Shown piece after piece: positions 50,901 through 61,845 of a DNA stretch of 64,000 bases. The number at the start of each line of letters is the position of its first letter. Positions within the stretch are counted from its first letter, which is position 1. A program made the translations under genes and the position numbers. This DNA is from Chara braunii (lineage: Eukaryota > Plantae > Charophyceae), in contig BFEA01000021.1 in NCBI GenBank assembly GCA_003427395.1, positions 4,506,964 through 4,570,963 of the forward strand. The letters are read 5' to 3'. The notes under the pieces were generated by a model. That model was not told the origin of the DNA and made no database searches. It was given only the letters and a program-made list of their open reading frames with translations.

Positions 50901-53649
50901 TCCCTCCAGAGGTCCGTCCCTCAAGGTGACCCAATCGCACCCTTTCTGTTTGTGATTGTGATGGAAGCCCTGACAATGAATCTACGTATTCATAAGGACA
51001 TTAAGAAAATCCAAGTCACCTCAATCCCGAAAGAAACAATACCGGTATGCTCCTTGTTTGCGGATGACTTAACCCTGATGGTGGATGCATCACATGCATC
51101 GATGACCGAGGTGCAGCATATGATGGAAAAATTTTGCATGCTCTCAGACATGAGAATCAACTGGGGAAACAAAACTCTGGGATGGTGGATCCACCACCAT
51201 GGAGTTAGGCACCCTGAACAGCCACGGGTCAAATGGGTGTCAACGGAGACCCCCATCCGAGTCATAGGGGTTACACTAACAGCGAACGGTAGACCATTGG
51301 AAAATAACGAAGGATTGCTCAAGGCACCACTACAAAAATTGCTACAATGGAAAGACTAGCACACTTCACTGATAGGACGTTCTTTGGTGATAAACAACGT
51401 TGTGCTTGCCTCTCTGTGGTACAGATCGGCCATTTGGGCCCTGGACAAAACAGCCCTCTGTTCCTTGCAACGACAGATTGCCGTTTTTTTGTGCAGAGGG
51501 GACCATGATAAACACAAGGTAATCAGTAGGGTTGCATGGCAATCCATAACCCTACCAAAAACCAAAAAGGGTCTGGGCATAATTGACTCAGCCACACAAT
51601 CCAAGGCCTTGGCGCTCCAATGGCTCATACGACTTCTTTTCTGTCCTGGCACCCCATGGAAAGAGCTGACATTGGAACAAATTGCACGACTAGTCCCTGA
51701 AACATCGCCGGAAATTAGCCCCCTCACATGGTTAGAAAATAGAAGTTGGCCGATACCAAGAGGGCAGTCCAATCAACGAAACCCGACTTCTTCAAAGGAG
51801 CAGGCAAAAGAGGACCTACGAATTGACCCCTTCTGGCCATCCCTTCTGAGGACATGGAGGAATCTCCCCCTGCCTGACAAAACCCGACCAGAGAAATGAG
51901 AGGAAGTATTACGACAACCTCTTTTCGACAACAGGAGAGTCGTGGACACCAGGGGACAGGTCCTTTATTGCACACACTCCCCCTAGCGCGTCTGGGTGAG
52001 AAGGGGCATACTCAAAATAAGGGATATCTGGGACATAGACAGAAGGGATTGGATTGACCGGGATGGAAACCGCCCTCGAGGACCTAATCGAACGGATTCC
52101 CCTGGATTGGTGGAAAATCCTCGTAAAGGGACCCTTCTTGCAGGAATCCGACTGGGTGCAAATTCCGGACAGTCAGGGAGAGGTCGGCAATATGGTATGT
52201 TGCCTCGGAGGACCGGTGGTGGTCAACATATTTAAAGTGGGCAATGACAACACATTATATAGAACCACGCTGCAAGAAACAAAATTCTTCCAAAAGGAGG
52301 AACTGTCACGTATCAGAGTGCTGGAAAAGGGGGATAAATGGACGGTGTTCCTCCCCGACACTCCGATAACTCAGCTGCCTTTTGACCCGATGGAGTGGAC
52401 GTGGACCTCCTCCTCTGGAAGGGGCAAGAAATGCACCAGAAAACTACACAGCATAACTGTCAAATCAACATACAGACTCCTCCGTCCAATGTCTAATCTA
52501 CGTGACCAGGTGGAGGCTAGATGGATGAAGCACTTGAATACTAGCAAGGAATCACTTCAGGGGGTAAAATGGTTCCAGCTCGTTAAGACGAGACCAGCCA
52601 AACTGGCCTCCCTCCAATGGCAGATAGAGCATCGTTGCCTTCCAACAAATGACTGGCTAATAGATAGGACATCCTTGGAACAAAATGGGCGGGCTTTGCC
52701 CTGGTGCAAACCCTGTTTACATTCTTTTCCAACCAGGAAAAGGCCAGAAACCATAGAACATATCTTCCTGCAATGCCCAAGAGCGGTCCTACTTTGGCGC
52801 TGGTGGGACAGGATCTGGGTTCAGCTGGAAGTGACAAAGCCCTGGCCATGGAGTTGGCAAGCACTGTATTAGAAACATGGAATACAGAACAGGTGGACGA
52901 CTTCACCCAGAACATGTTTATACTGGGACGTAGGGCGGCGATATGGGCACTGTGGAAACGTCGTTGTACATACGAGATGGAAGGGGTGAGGTTGGAAGGG
53001 CCCGAATTCACTGAAGGCATACAGCAGCAAATCCAAACAGAGATAACAATGCACTGGGAAGAAGTTAAAACTCAGATCCAATACACACACACAAGACAAG
53101 AAACAGAACACAAACTACAGGATTTCTCTGAAAAATGGCTCGGGGGGAAAGAAGGGGGAAGGTTAGGAAGGGTAGAAAGGAACCCTGGGAGTGGCCAAGA
53201 CAAAGAAAGATTGTATAAGGATCATCGACCGATTTTTCACGAGTGGACCAAGGTGGACCCCTCAATCCCGATGAAAACAGCGGATAATTTCCCCGACCCC
53301 TTCCCCCCCCCGAGCAACAGCATGGTGGACTTGCAGTGGTATGGGTGTTAAGGAAGGAAATGGGACAAGGGGGGGATAAGGGAGCCTGGGACAGAGGGAA
53401 AGTTGACCCGGGACAAAGAAAGTGTTCTGACCAAGAGCAGGAAAGGGGGGAGCTAGTGTGCAAAAGTAAGAATCTGGCGCCTGTTTCTGGGTGAAGAGGC
53501 TCTCCCTGCGCAGTTAATCCCGTGGGGTTCCAGGGCAATCAATGCTGGCAGGAGCATCATATACTCAATCTCAGTCTGTAAAAAGGGACGCTGGAACCGT
53601 TTTCCAGCAGGTGAAGCTCCCCACCAATAAATGGAGCCCCCCTCCCAGG
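47990..53649 (+). mobile_element. LINE family C: ORF1 C-terminus (48069-48686), degenerate ORF2 (48725-53351), 3' UTR and module (53585-53649) up to the gap
   Basis: SLNVNGL, LQETH, VGDFN, GLDH, KTPGIDG, FADD, ETIEHIFLQCP, FPDPFP. Confidence 0.95.
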
Positions 53650-54581
53650 NNNNNNNNNNNNNNNNNNNNNNNNNNNNNNNNNNNNNNNNNNNNNNNNNNN
53701 NNNNNNNNNNNNNNNNNNNNNNNNNNNNNNNNNNNNNNNNNNNNNNNNNNNNNNNNNNNNNNNNNNNNNNNNNNNNNNNNNNNNNNNNNNNNNNNNNNNN
53801 NNNNNNNNNNNNNNNNNNNNNNNNNNNNNNNNNNNNNNNNNNNNNNNNNNNNNNNNNNNNNNNNNNNNNNNNNNNNNNNNNNNNNNNNNNNNNNNNNNNN
53901 NNNNNNNNNNNNNNNNNNNNNNNNNNNNNNNNNNNNNNNNNNNNNNNNNNNNNNNNNNNNNNNNNNNNNNNNNNNNNNNNNNNNNNNNNNNNNNNNNNNN
54001 NNNNNNNNNNNNNNNNNNNNNNNNNNNNNNNNNNNNNNNNNNNNNNNNNNNNNNNNNNNNNNNNNNNNNNNNNNNNNNNNNNNNNNNNNNNNNNNNNNNN
54101 NNNNNNNNNNNNNNCTTGGCTTTGGACACTACCATCCAGAAGGCTGCCCATCCCCCACTTCATAAGACCTTTGCCAAGCTTACTGTCTAGAACATAAAGC
54201 ATGCTACCCGAATGGATGCGTCCCCGCGTTTGACGCGGTATAACAGTTGCTTAGCTATATTTCAAAAAAAAGACTGTATGTGGCCATGCCACCACCAAAA
54301 ATGTGGTGGCTCAGTGACTGATGCAGCAAGCTCCTCGTACTATTGCCAGCCGTCTCAGGATGTTATTGTTGTGAGATATACCCAGGACCGACCGGAAGCG
54401 ATAAAGCGACTGTCTATAAAAATAAAATAAAATATAATAAAAAAGGACCGGCCGGAACTGTGGTCAAATACTTCCTTTTTTTTTTTCTTTTTTTTTTTTT
54501 CACATCCAGAAAGTTCTAGTAGTCCTCTGAGTATGACTTCAAACTACCTCCTCTTCAGAGTACCAAGTATTCGACCTGTGC

Positions 54582-54752
54582 ATGTCAGCGAACAGACACG
54601 AGCTCAAATTCTTCAAACCTGCTGATGAGATAGCAGAACAATGTCAGTGAACAGACATGAATTCGAACATGTCGGTGAAGAGACGCGAGTTCGAACATGT
54701 CAGTGAGCAGAGCAGAATTCAAACATGTCAGTGTACAGACCTGAGTTCAGAC
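54582..54752. repeat. 28-bp minisatellite: four tandem units from 54641 plus one detached unit at 54582
   Basis: Consensus atgtcagtgaacagacNNgarttcRaac. Confidence 0.85.
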
Positions 54753-55537
54753 TCTGACAAATCGGAAGTATGTCAGGCGCTACTGTCTTCCTCCAAATAG
54801 AACGTCGGCATCATCCCTGTATGTGCACGAAGCACGACTATAGTCAGTCAGTACGGTACGTTCTATTTGGGGGAAGATCGCACCTCTAAAAAAAAAAAAA
54901 CAGAGGCTTACCTGTAGCACTCTTGGTGGCAACCAACTGAGATAGTCAGCTGGATCCTCCCAGTCGGTATCAGTAAGGTCTTCAGCCAACACGGGTGTGA
55001 GTGCGTGTGTGAGTGGGTTGAGTGTGGTGTGTGGGAGAGTGTTGGCTTTAGACACTACTGTTACTCGATGGGGGTGGGGGAAGATGAATAGGGAGGCACA
55101 GTTACCGGCAAAATGCTCGGTCCTTGTGTTAGTCGGGCCCCCACCGGCGGCCCCAACCCTGCACCCTAAAACGCTAGCGCAAAGGGGCAAACATGCCCTT
55201 ACCCCTCTCCAACGACCGAGAGAGGTAACCTTCCTTCACCGAAGAGAGGTAGAAAGCTATGCTTGCAGGGGTCCCCGGTATAGCCTTAGGAGTAGTGGTA
55301 GGTAGTGAAAAGAAAGATATGTTCCATGACATGGCAGAACGCCAGTTAAAAGAAAGATATGTGAGGTGAGAGAAAAATATATGGCTGTCCCCCGATGAGG
55401 AGAAGGCAGCTTTAAAAATGAAAAAAAATAAAAATAAAAAAAATCTAAGAAAGGCCTATCTATATATATCGTCAGATAGAATATATACATATATATTCGG
55501 GCAGCTCTGTTTGACGATATATATATATATATATTCT

Positions 55538-55597
55538 ACAGACTGTTGAGGGTTCAGCCTCCTGATGAGTTGGTGAAACTCCGACGAAACAGTTTGT
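55538..55597 (+). ncRNA. Type III hammerhead ribozyme
   Basis: Stem III ACAGACUG/CAGUUUGU, GUU site 55545-55547, stem I GAGG/CCUC, CUGAUGA, stem II GUUGG/CCGAC, GAAA. Confidence 0.88.
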
Positions 55598-55673
55598 CAC
55601 AGCCCCTCGTTTGTTGTCCTCTTCTCCCTCTCTGCCTACGGTTTACCGGGCAGTTCTATTTGACGATATATAG

Positions 55674-55788
55674 TCAAACAGAGCTGTCCGGTAAACCGTA
55701 GGCAGAGAGGGAGAAGAGGACAACAAACGAGGGGCTGTGACAAACTGTTTCGTCTTAGTTTCACCGACCCATCAGGAGGCTGAACCCT
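55674..55788 (-). ncRNA. Inverted, mutated, 5'-truncated copy of the hammerhead unit; further partial copy 56435-56510
   Basis: Reverse complement of 55549-55664; core reads CUGAUGG, stem II damaged. Confidence 0.8.
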
Positions 55789-55796
55789 ATATATAT

Positions 55797-56320
55797 ATCA
55801 TGGCTACGATCCGGACGTCCAGACCGCTGTCCAGACAGTCTGGATTCAGTCCGGACTCCAGACGTCCGGTCCCCCTTCCCCATCGAGGAGCCAAGCCCCC
55901 AAAATTGTTTTGGGGGTTTTTCAGGCCCGTTTATGCTTTTTGGGGGGGTCCGGACATGCTCTGTCTCTATAATAATTTATTAGACAACCCCAATTTTCAA
56001 ATTATTAATCATTCATTACCTTTATTAGTTTTTAAAGTCTTTTTTTAAGCTTTTTTATAGTTTTTGACTTGTAAGTTGTAACTCAAGTTTCGTTAGGAAT
56101 TCTGACATGTGGTTTGCATTGTTATTCTGCATAGCGTACTTTTTTTTCAGATTTTTTTTTTTTTTTTTTTTTTAATGGTCCGGACATTTCCGAACCGTCT
56201 GGATCCCCCCATGTCCGGAGGTCCGGAAATGTCCGGAATTCCGGACGTCCGGAAACTACCGGACACGGGTCCGGTTCCATGTCCGGAAATGTCCGGGTCT
56301 GGGTCCGGTGTAGCCATGAT
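55797..56320. mobile_element. MITE with 11-bp TIRs and TCCGGA/CCGGAC subterminal repeats, inserted in (TA)n
   Basis: ATCATGGCTAC (55797-55807) / GTAGCCATGAT (56310-56320); right end duplicated at ~56352-56372. Confidence 0.85.
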
Positions 56321-56376
56321 ATATATATCTATATCTATATCTATATATATATGGGTCCGGTGTAGCCATGATATAT

Positions 56377-56436
<60 letters not shown>

Positions 56437-57285
56437 TCAAATAGAACTGCCCGGTAAACCGTAGGCAGAGAGGGAGAAGAGGACAACAAACGAGGGGCTG
56501 TGACAAACTGNNNNNNNNNNNNNNNNNNNNNNNNNNNNNNNNNNNNNNNNNNNNNNNNNNNNNNNNNNNNNNNNNNNNNNNNNNNNNNNNNNNNNNNNNN
56601 NNNNNNNNNNNNNNNNNNNNNNNNNNNNNNNNNNNNNNNNNNNNNNNNNNNNNNNNNNNNNNNNNNNNNNNNNNNNNNNNNNNNNNNNNNNNNNNNNNNN
56701 NNNNNNNNNNNNNNNNNNNNNNNNNNNNNNNNNNNNNNNNNNNNNNNNNNNNNNNNNNNNNNNNNNNNNNNNNNNNNNNNNNNNNNNNNNNNNNNNNNNN
56801 NNNNNNNNNNNNNNNNNNNNNNNNNNNNNNNNNNNNNNNNNNNNNNNNNNNNNNNNNNNNNNNNNNNNNNNNNNNNNNNNNNNNNNNNNNNNNNNNNNNN
56901 NNNNNNNNNNNNNNNNNNNNNNNNNNNNNNNNNNNNNNNNNNNNNNNNNNNNNNNNNNNNNNNNNNNNNNNNNNNNNNNNNNNNNNNNNNNNNNNNNNNN
57001 NNNNNNNNNNNNNNNNNNNNNNNNNNNNNNNNNNNNNNNNNNNNNNNNNNNNNNNNNNNNNNNNNNNNNNNNNNNNNNNNNNNNNNNNNNNNNNNNNNNN
57101 NNNNNNNNNNNNNNNNNNNNNNNNNNNNNNNNNNNNNNNNNNNNNNNNNNNNNNNNNNNNNNNNNNNNNNNNNNNNNNNNNNNNNNNNNNNNNNNNNNNN
57201 NNNNNNNNNNNNNNNNNNNNNNNNNNNNNNNNNNNNNNNNNNNNNNNNNNNNNNNNNNNNNNNNNNNNNNNNNNNNNNNNNNNNN

Positions 57286-57338
<53 letters not shown>

Positions 57339-58024
57339 CTTCTTCCTCTTCTAAGTCCACCATCTCTCCCTCACCCTCTCGCTACTTCTCAGTATCTGCA
57401 GACTACGAGAGAGAGAGGGATTGGTGACCTTGGGACTTGACGACATTTGGATACAGACTCGACATTGGGATTGAGACATTGGACGAGGGATTATTTGGGA
57501 CCTGTACCAGAGACTTGGTGTTGACGACATTCCCATCTTCCCCTCTTCTTCGTCTAATCCCCCTCCTCTTCGTCTGTGCATGTTTGGGACTGGCGCATTC
57601 TTCCTGTGTGACCGCCAGGTCCCTTCACACCATACGATGATGATGATGTATGTTTGGTCTGCATTGCGACATTGATTGATCGGATCATTGGTATATTAGC
57701 CTTCCGCTGCGCTATCTTGTACTATGTGAGAGAGGTCGGTTCTTGTTCTGGTCTGTACCGTTACGGTATGTGACAGCTCTCCTCGAAGTTCCCGCCTGCT
57801 GCAGCCACGCCATCAGCAGCTCGAGTTCCTCCATCGCCCAGGAGTCCAGGAGATTGCCGCAGACGAGGAGGTTGCTGTCTTGCTGGTTCAAGATTCGAAG
57901 TTCTGAACTTCAACCACATATGTACTAGGTAGCTTCATGAGAGTAGTAGAGTGGCAACATACAGTGTTAGTTTGGTTGCAGCAGGGAGGGGTGTACCATG
58001 GGTTCCATGGGGTGCATGGTGAGT

Positions 58025-58043
58025 ACACCATGGGATACATTGG

Positions 58044-58116
<73 letters not shown>

Positions 58117-58120
58117 NACA
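58025..58120. repeat. (CA)n microsatellite; others at 59285-59325 and 59947-60174, (GA)n at 57286-57333
   Basis: Direct read. Confidence 0.95.
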
Positions 58121-58911
58121 ATCAGTTTTATGTCTGTCAGTCTTTCTCTGTTGTCTGTCCTCCCCCTGTTTTTTTCGAAGTAAAGTTTTTTGTGCCCAAC
58201 TGAGCACCCTTAAGTAGTGCCAAACAGTCGGTCGTTCCTCGTTTGGAGTGCCTACTGCACTCTTAGGGGGGGCGCTTGGTTCGGGATGTCTGTGTTGCCT
58301 GTTGGTGATGACGGATGGTCGTCGGAGTGTCTCCTGGCTCAACAGGTGGTGGGAACCAACAATCTATGGGGATCAATCGTGATGTGAGTAGGTCATGTGA
58401 TGCTTTGCTCCATGTTGGATGTGTGAACGTCCTCGTCTGCGCTCCGCCGTTGCCCTGCTGCCTGTCCCGCTTGCTTCGCATGTGGTTCTTTGCAGGTTGA
58501 TGTGTTCGTTGTGCGGTGTGGCCGTGTTGTTGGTGTTGCCTTGGGCTTCGCTGCTTCGCTGCCGTGCAGCTCATCTGCTGGCGGTGCCTTCTGTGTTTGC
58601 TGCTTGTGTGCCCTGTAGGTTCGTTGCCTTGTTGCTGGTGCCTTGTGCTCCGCTCGATGGTTGCCAAGTTGCTGGTCCGCTCGCCCTGTCGTTCCTTGCA
58701 GTGTTGTTGTGTGCTTCACGACACGGTTGCTGCGCTGCCTGCCCTGCGTGCCATGTCGTTCCTTGCAGTCACTTTTGGCGTTGTGCAGCCGTGTTGCATC
58801 TACTGTGTTGCCTGGTGCTCCACAGGGTTGCTGCCCGCTGCTATGTTCCGCTTGGGGACAGTCTGCCTTCAACAAGGGTCAAAGGGTTCATGACCCAAAT
58901 ACGGAGATTCC

Positions 58912-58970
58912 ACAGATTGTCGAGGGTCCAGCCTCCTGATGAGTCAGTGGCAACTCTGACAAAACAATCT
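58912..58970 (+). ncRNA. Type III hammerhead ribozyme, second family, G12A core mutation
   Basis: AGAUUG/CAAUCU, GUC site 58919-58921, GAGG/CCUC, CUGAUGA, GUCAG/CUGAC, AAAA in place of GAAA. Confidence 0.8.
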
Positions 58971-59279
58971 TTTATCACCAGGTTTTATTTTTGTCGGTCC
59001 TTCAACTTTCTTGGGACTGGTATTTTTTTGGGTTTGCCTGTCTTGGTGTGCCTGTGTGCCTGTTTCGTGTGCTTGCATGTTGTCTGCCCTCCCGCCTCCC
59101 CCATGCCCTCCATCCTATGTGGGACTCTAAGAAAGCTGGTCATGATAAGCAGCGGATGTACTATGAGGTCGCTTCAGAGAAGGAAAGTGGCAGCAGAGAG
59201 TGTCGGTTTGGACATGATCAGGGCCTAGTGTCCAATTCTGGTGGTGGGGTGCATGGCATGGATTTGCCATGGGATCTGA

Positions 59280-59327
<48 letters not shown>

Positions 59328-60060
59328 TCTGCTGACGCAGTTGATGCAGCATCTACAGCAGCTGCTGTAGTAGTAACTGATGCAGTGGATGTACCTGCTG
59401 TATTTGCTGCGCACTAACACATTGTGGGCCCGCGTGGAAGGCTTTCCCTGTTTTTCCGGACCCTTAGCAGGGGGGGGTGGTGCATTCTTGCTGGAGGAGT
59501 CTTCTGTCTTAGGTAAGTTGTCTCTTATCTTCTTCCTCCTCTTTGGCAGTGACGCGAGTGTGTAGTTTGAGATGAATGTTGGGAATGCCAATGCTGTTAT
59601 ATTTGTTTGTTTTTTATAAATGAGTTTTTGTTTTTGTTGACCGATGTGGAAGGCTCTCCAAGTTTTTCGGACCTTTGAGGGGTCGGGTCGGTCCCTTCTT
59701 CAGGAGTAGTCTTCTGTCTTAGGTAAGTGTATGGTTTGAAAATTGAAATATATATGTATACATATGTATATGTGCAAGTGTGGCGCTTCAGCGGCAGAAA
59801 CCCGTGTGGGCACTTGGCGCTGAACCACACAGGCATGGCCAACCTTGCATTTTCTATTATATTGCCTATCTATGCTTTTCCGTTATGGATGGATTGTGAT
59901 GATTTGTGAAGGGAATGAGAGAGAGAATCTGGGGTCTTTTAAAACAACACACACACACACACACANNNNNNNNNNNNNNNNNNNNNNNNNNNNNNNNNNN
60001 NNNNNNNNNNNNNNNNNNNNNNNNNNNNNNNNNNNNNNNNNNNNNNNNNNNNNNNNNNNN

Positions 60061-60144
<84 letters not shown>

Positions 60145-60294
60145 GCACACACACACACACACACGCACACACACCTGTTGCTGCTCACTATCCCCTCACC
60201 GGAATGGCCGAATTCGCCCCGGTACCGGCCACACGAGGATGCGTTTGGTAGCAACCCCCCCTTATTTTTTCTTTTCCTTTTTCTTTTTTTTGCG

Positions 60295-60380
60295 ATCGGC
60301 CGAACATGTTCGGTTCCCGCTCAGCCGAGCGTCCCAAACATGTTCGGATGATCGGTGGGGCGCCGAACATGTTCGGTGTG
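60295..60380. repeat. Cluster of CCGAACATGTTCGG palindromes (MITE remnant related to 995-1368)
   Basis: Three near-perfect palindromes. Confidence 0.7.
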
Positions 60381-60849
60381 CGACGCAGCTTTTGAGGATA
60401 CCAGAGCCATTACCAAACATCGGTTTAGAACTATTTCAGAGAAGTTATGAAGAAGAATAGCATTTTTTATGAGGTTCATGAGCAACTCCAAGTCTCCAAC
60501 TCCTACTTCTACCCAACCCCTCGTTCCAGGTGTCCCTATCGACCTAACCAGCTCCACACTTAGCTGTGATGTTGTCACTACCAGGCCTTACCCCGTCTTA
60601 CAACCCCAACATACAAGGCTACAGGGCAGCGCGACCCACCCCAGCTCCGACCATCATTCTCCTGGCAGCAGTCCCCGGCCGGCCACTGGATTGTCTTCCA
60701 CCCTCGACAAATCCCCATATCTCTTTACAAGGCCTCACGCTCCTGCCTAAGCAGGTTACAGGGCAAATTCCCCAGCACCGGCCAGCATTGTTCTGGCATC
60801 GGCTAACCTGGACCCCTAGACATCATAGCTTCATCAAAAGATGGCTAAG

Positions 60850-60990
60850 CAAATTCTACCCCTATGGGAGACAGATGTCCTTGTTGCACCAGGTCTGGTC
60901 TGGAGACCAGGTTCCAACCAATCCAATGTGGGCAGGCAGCGGTATAGGATCTGCCATTGTAGGGCCCTGTGAGAGGTTGGCATTATGGAG
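60850..60990 (-). mobile_element. Small LINE ORF2 fragment
   Basis: SHRALQWQILYRCLPTLDWL. Confidence 0.75.
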
Positions 60991-61209
60991 TATAATGTGA
61001 CCATGGAAATTTTCCCATGGCCCCTTCTGACAGGATTGATTCCTTTTCCCACTATTGTTTGATTATTCCTTCAGTTAGCATTTTCTTATGGACATCAGAT
61101 ATTCATGACGCTCCCCATGTCTTCTGAATCACATCGTGTTCTCAGCCGAAGCCGGGTAATGGCCCCAGTATCACAAAGGATCTCACATAATCTGTACAAA
61201 ATCCGATAT

Positions 61210-61318
61210 GGGACGCTGGGCCCAATTCCCAGCACATGCTGCTCCCCACGAATCGATTGGAGCTTTCGTTTTTCAAAAAGAAAAAGAAAAAAAAGGAAAA
61301 AAAAGGGGAAAAAAAAAA
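61210..61318 (+). other. Pseudoknot module without terminal hairpin, followed by an A-rich tail
   Basis: GGG-AC-GCTGGG-CCC-AATT-CCCAGC-A-CATG-CT-GCTCC-C-CACG-AATCGATT-GGAGC. Confidence 0.8.
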
Positions 61319-61517
61319 CATACCCTTTTAGATTGTGTACTGCCACAGTTTTGGGGCTCCATGGATTCCATCAGGTTGAAGAAGACTCTTAGGGAGTGCA
61401 GCAATCGGGGTGGACGGTGGAAAGGCGTATGAAGTTTGGTGGTCCCCTTCCAGAATCCGCACTCTTTTTTTTTTTTTAATAATAATAAAAGCGCAGGTTG
61501 TTGTAGAGGCTGGATTA

Positions 61518-61818
61518 GTTTTTTTTTTTTTTTTTCGTCAAACAGTCACACGGATTTTTCCGGCATATGGGTACGCCGGCCGGGTTAACTCATCACTCGC
61601 GGAATAATGTATGCTTAACCAGTTGCAGTCTTTGGGTTTAACAAAGACTATAGTTGCATAACGGACAGAAACAGCAAGCACGGCTCAGCAGTACTCACAC
61701 GCTCTTGCAGCTGTGGATATCAGCACTGTGGTGTGAGGTGTTCATGGGACTGTAGGGGCATGCAGATAAACAACCGCAGACTATAGTTGCATAAGGGATA
61801 GTACATACAGGAGGGGCG
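61518..61818 (-). mobile_element. Short retroposed insertion with inverted 5' part
   Basis: 13-bp TSD agaggctggatta (61505-61517, 61819-61831); poly-T 61519-61535; 61704-61817 is the reverse complement of 62111-62224. Confidence 0.8.
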
Positions 61819-61845
61819 AGAGGCTGGATTACAGAATCCTCAGTC

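Noticed and set aside
54619-54640. CTGATGA as another hammerhead core
   Set aside because: Lies in a simple hairpin with no stem II/GAAA/stem III arrangement
54582-54752. CRISPR-like array
   Set aside because: 28-bp units are contiguous with no unique spacers, in a eukaryotic context; it is a minisatellite
57334-57770. Solo Gypsy LTR
   Set aside because: Plausible by composition, but no TG..CA ends, PBS or second copy could be established next to the gap
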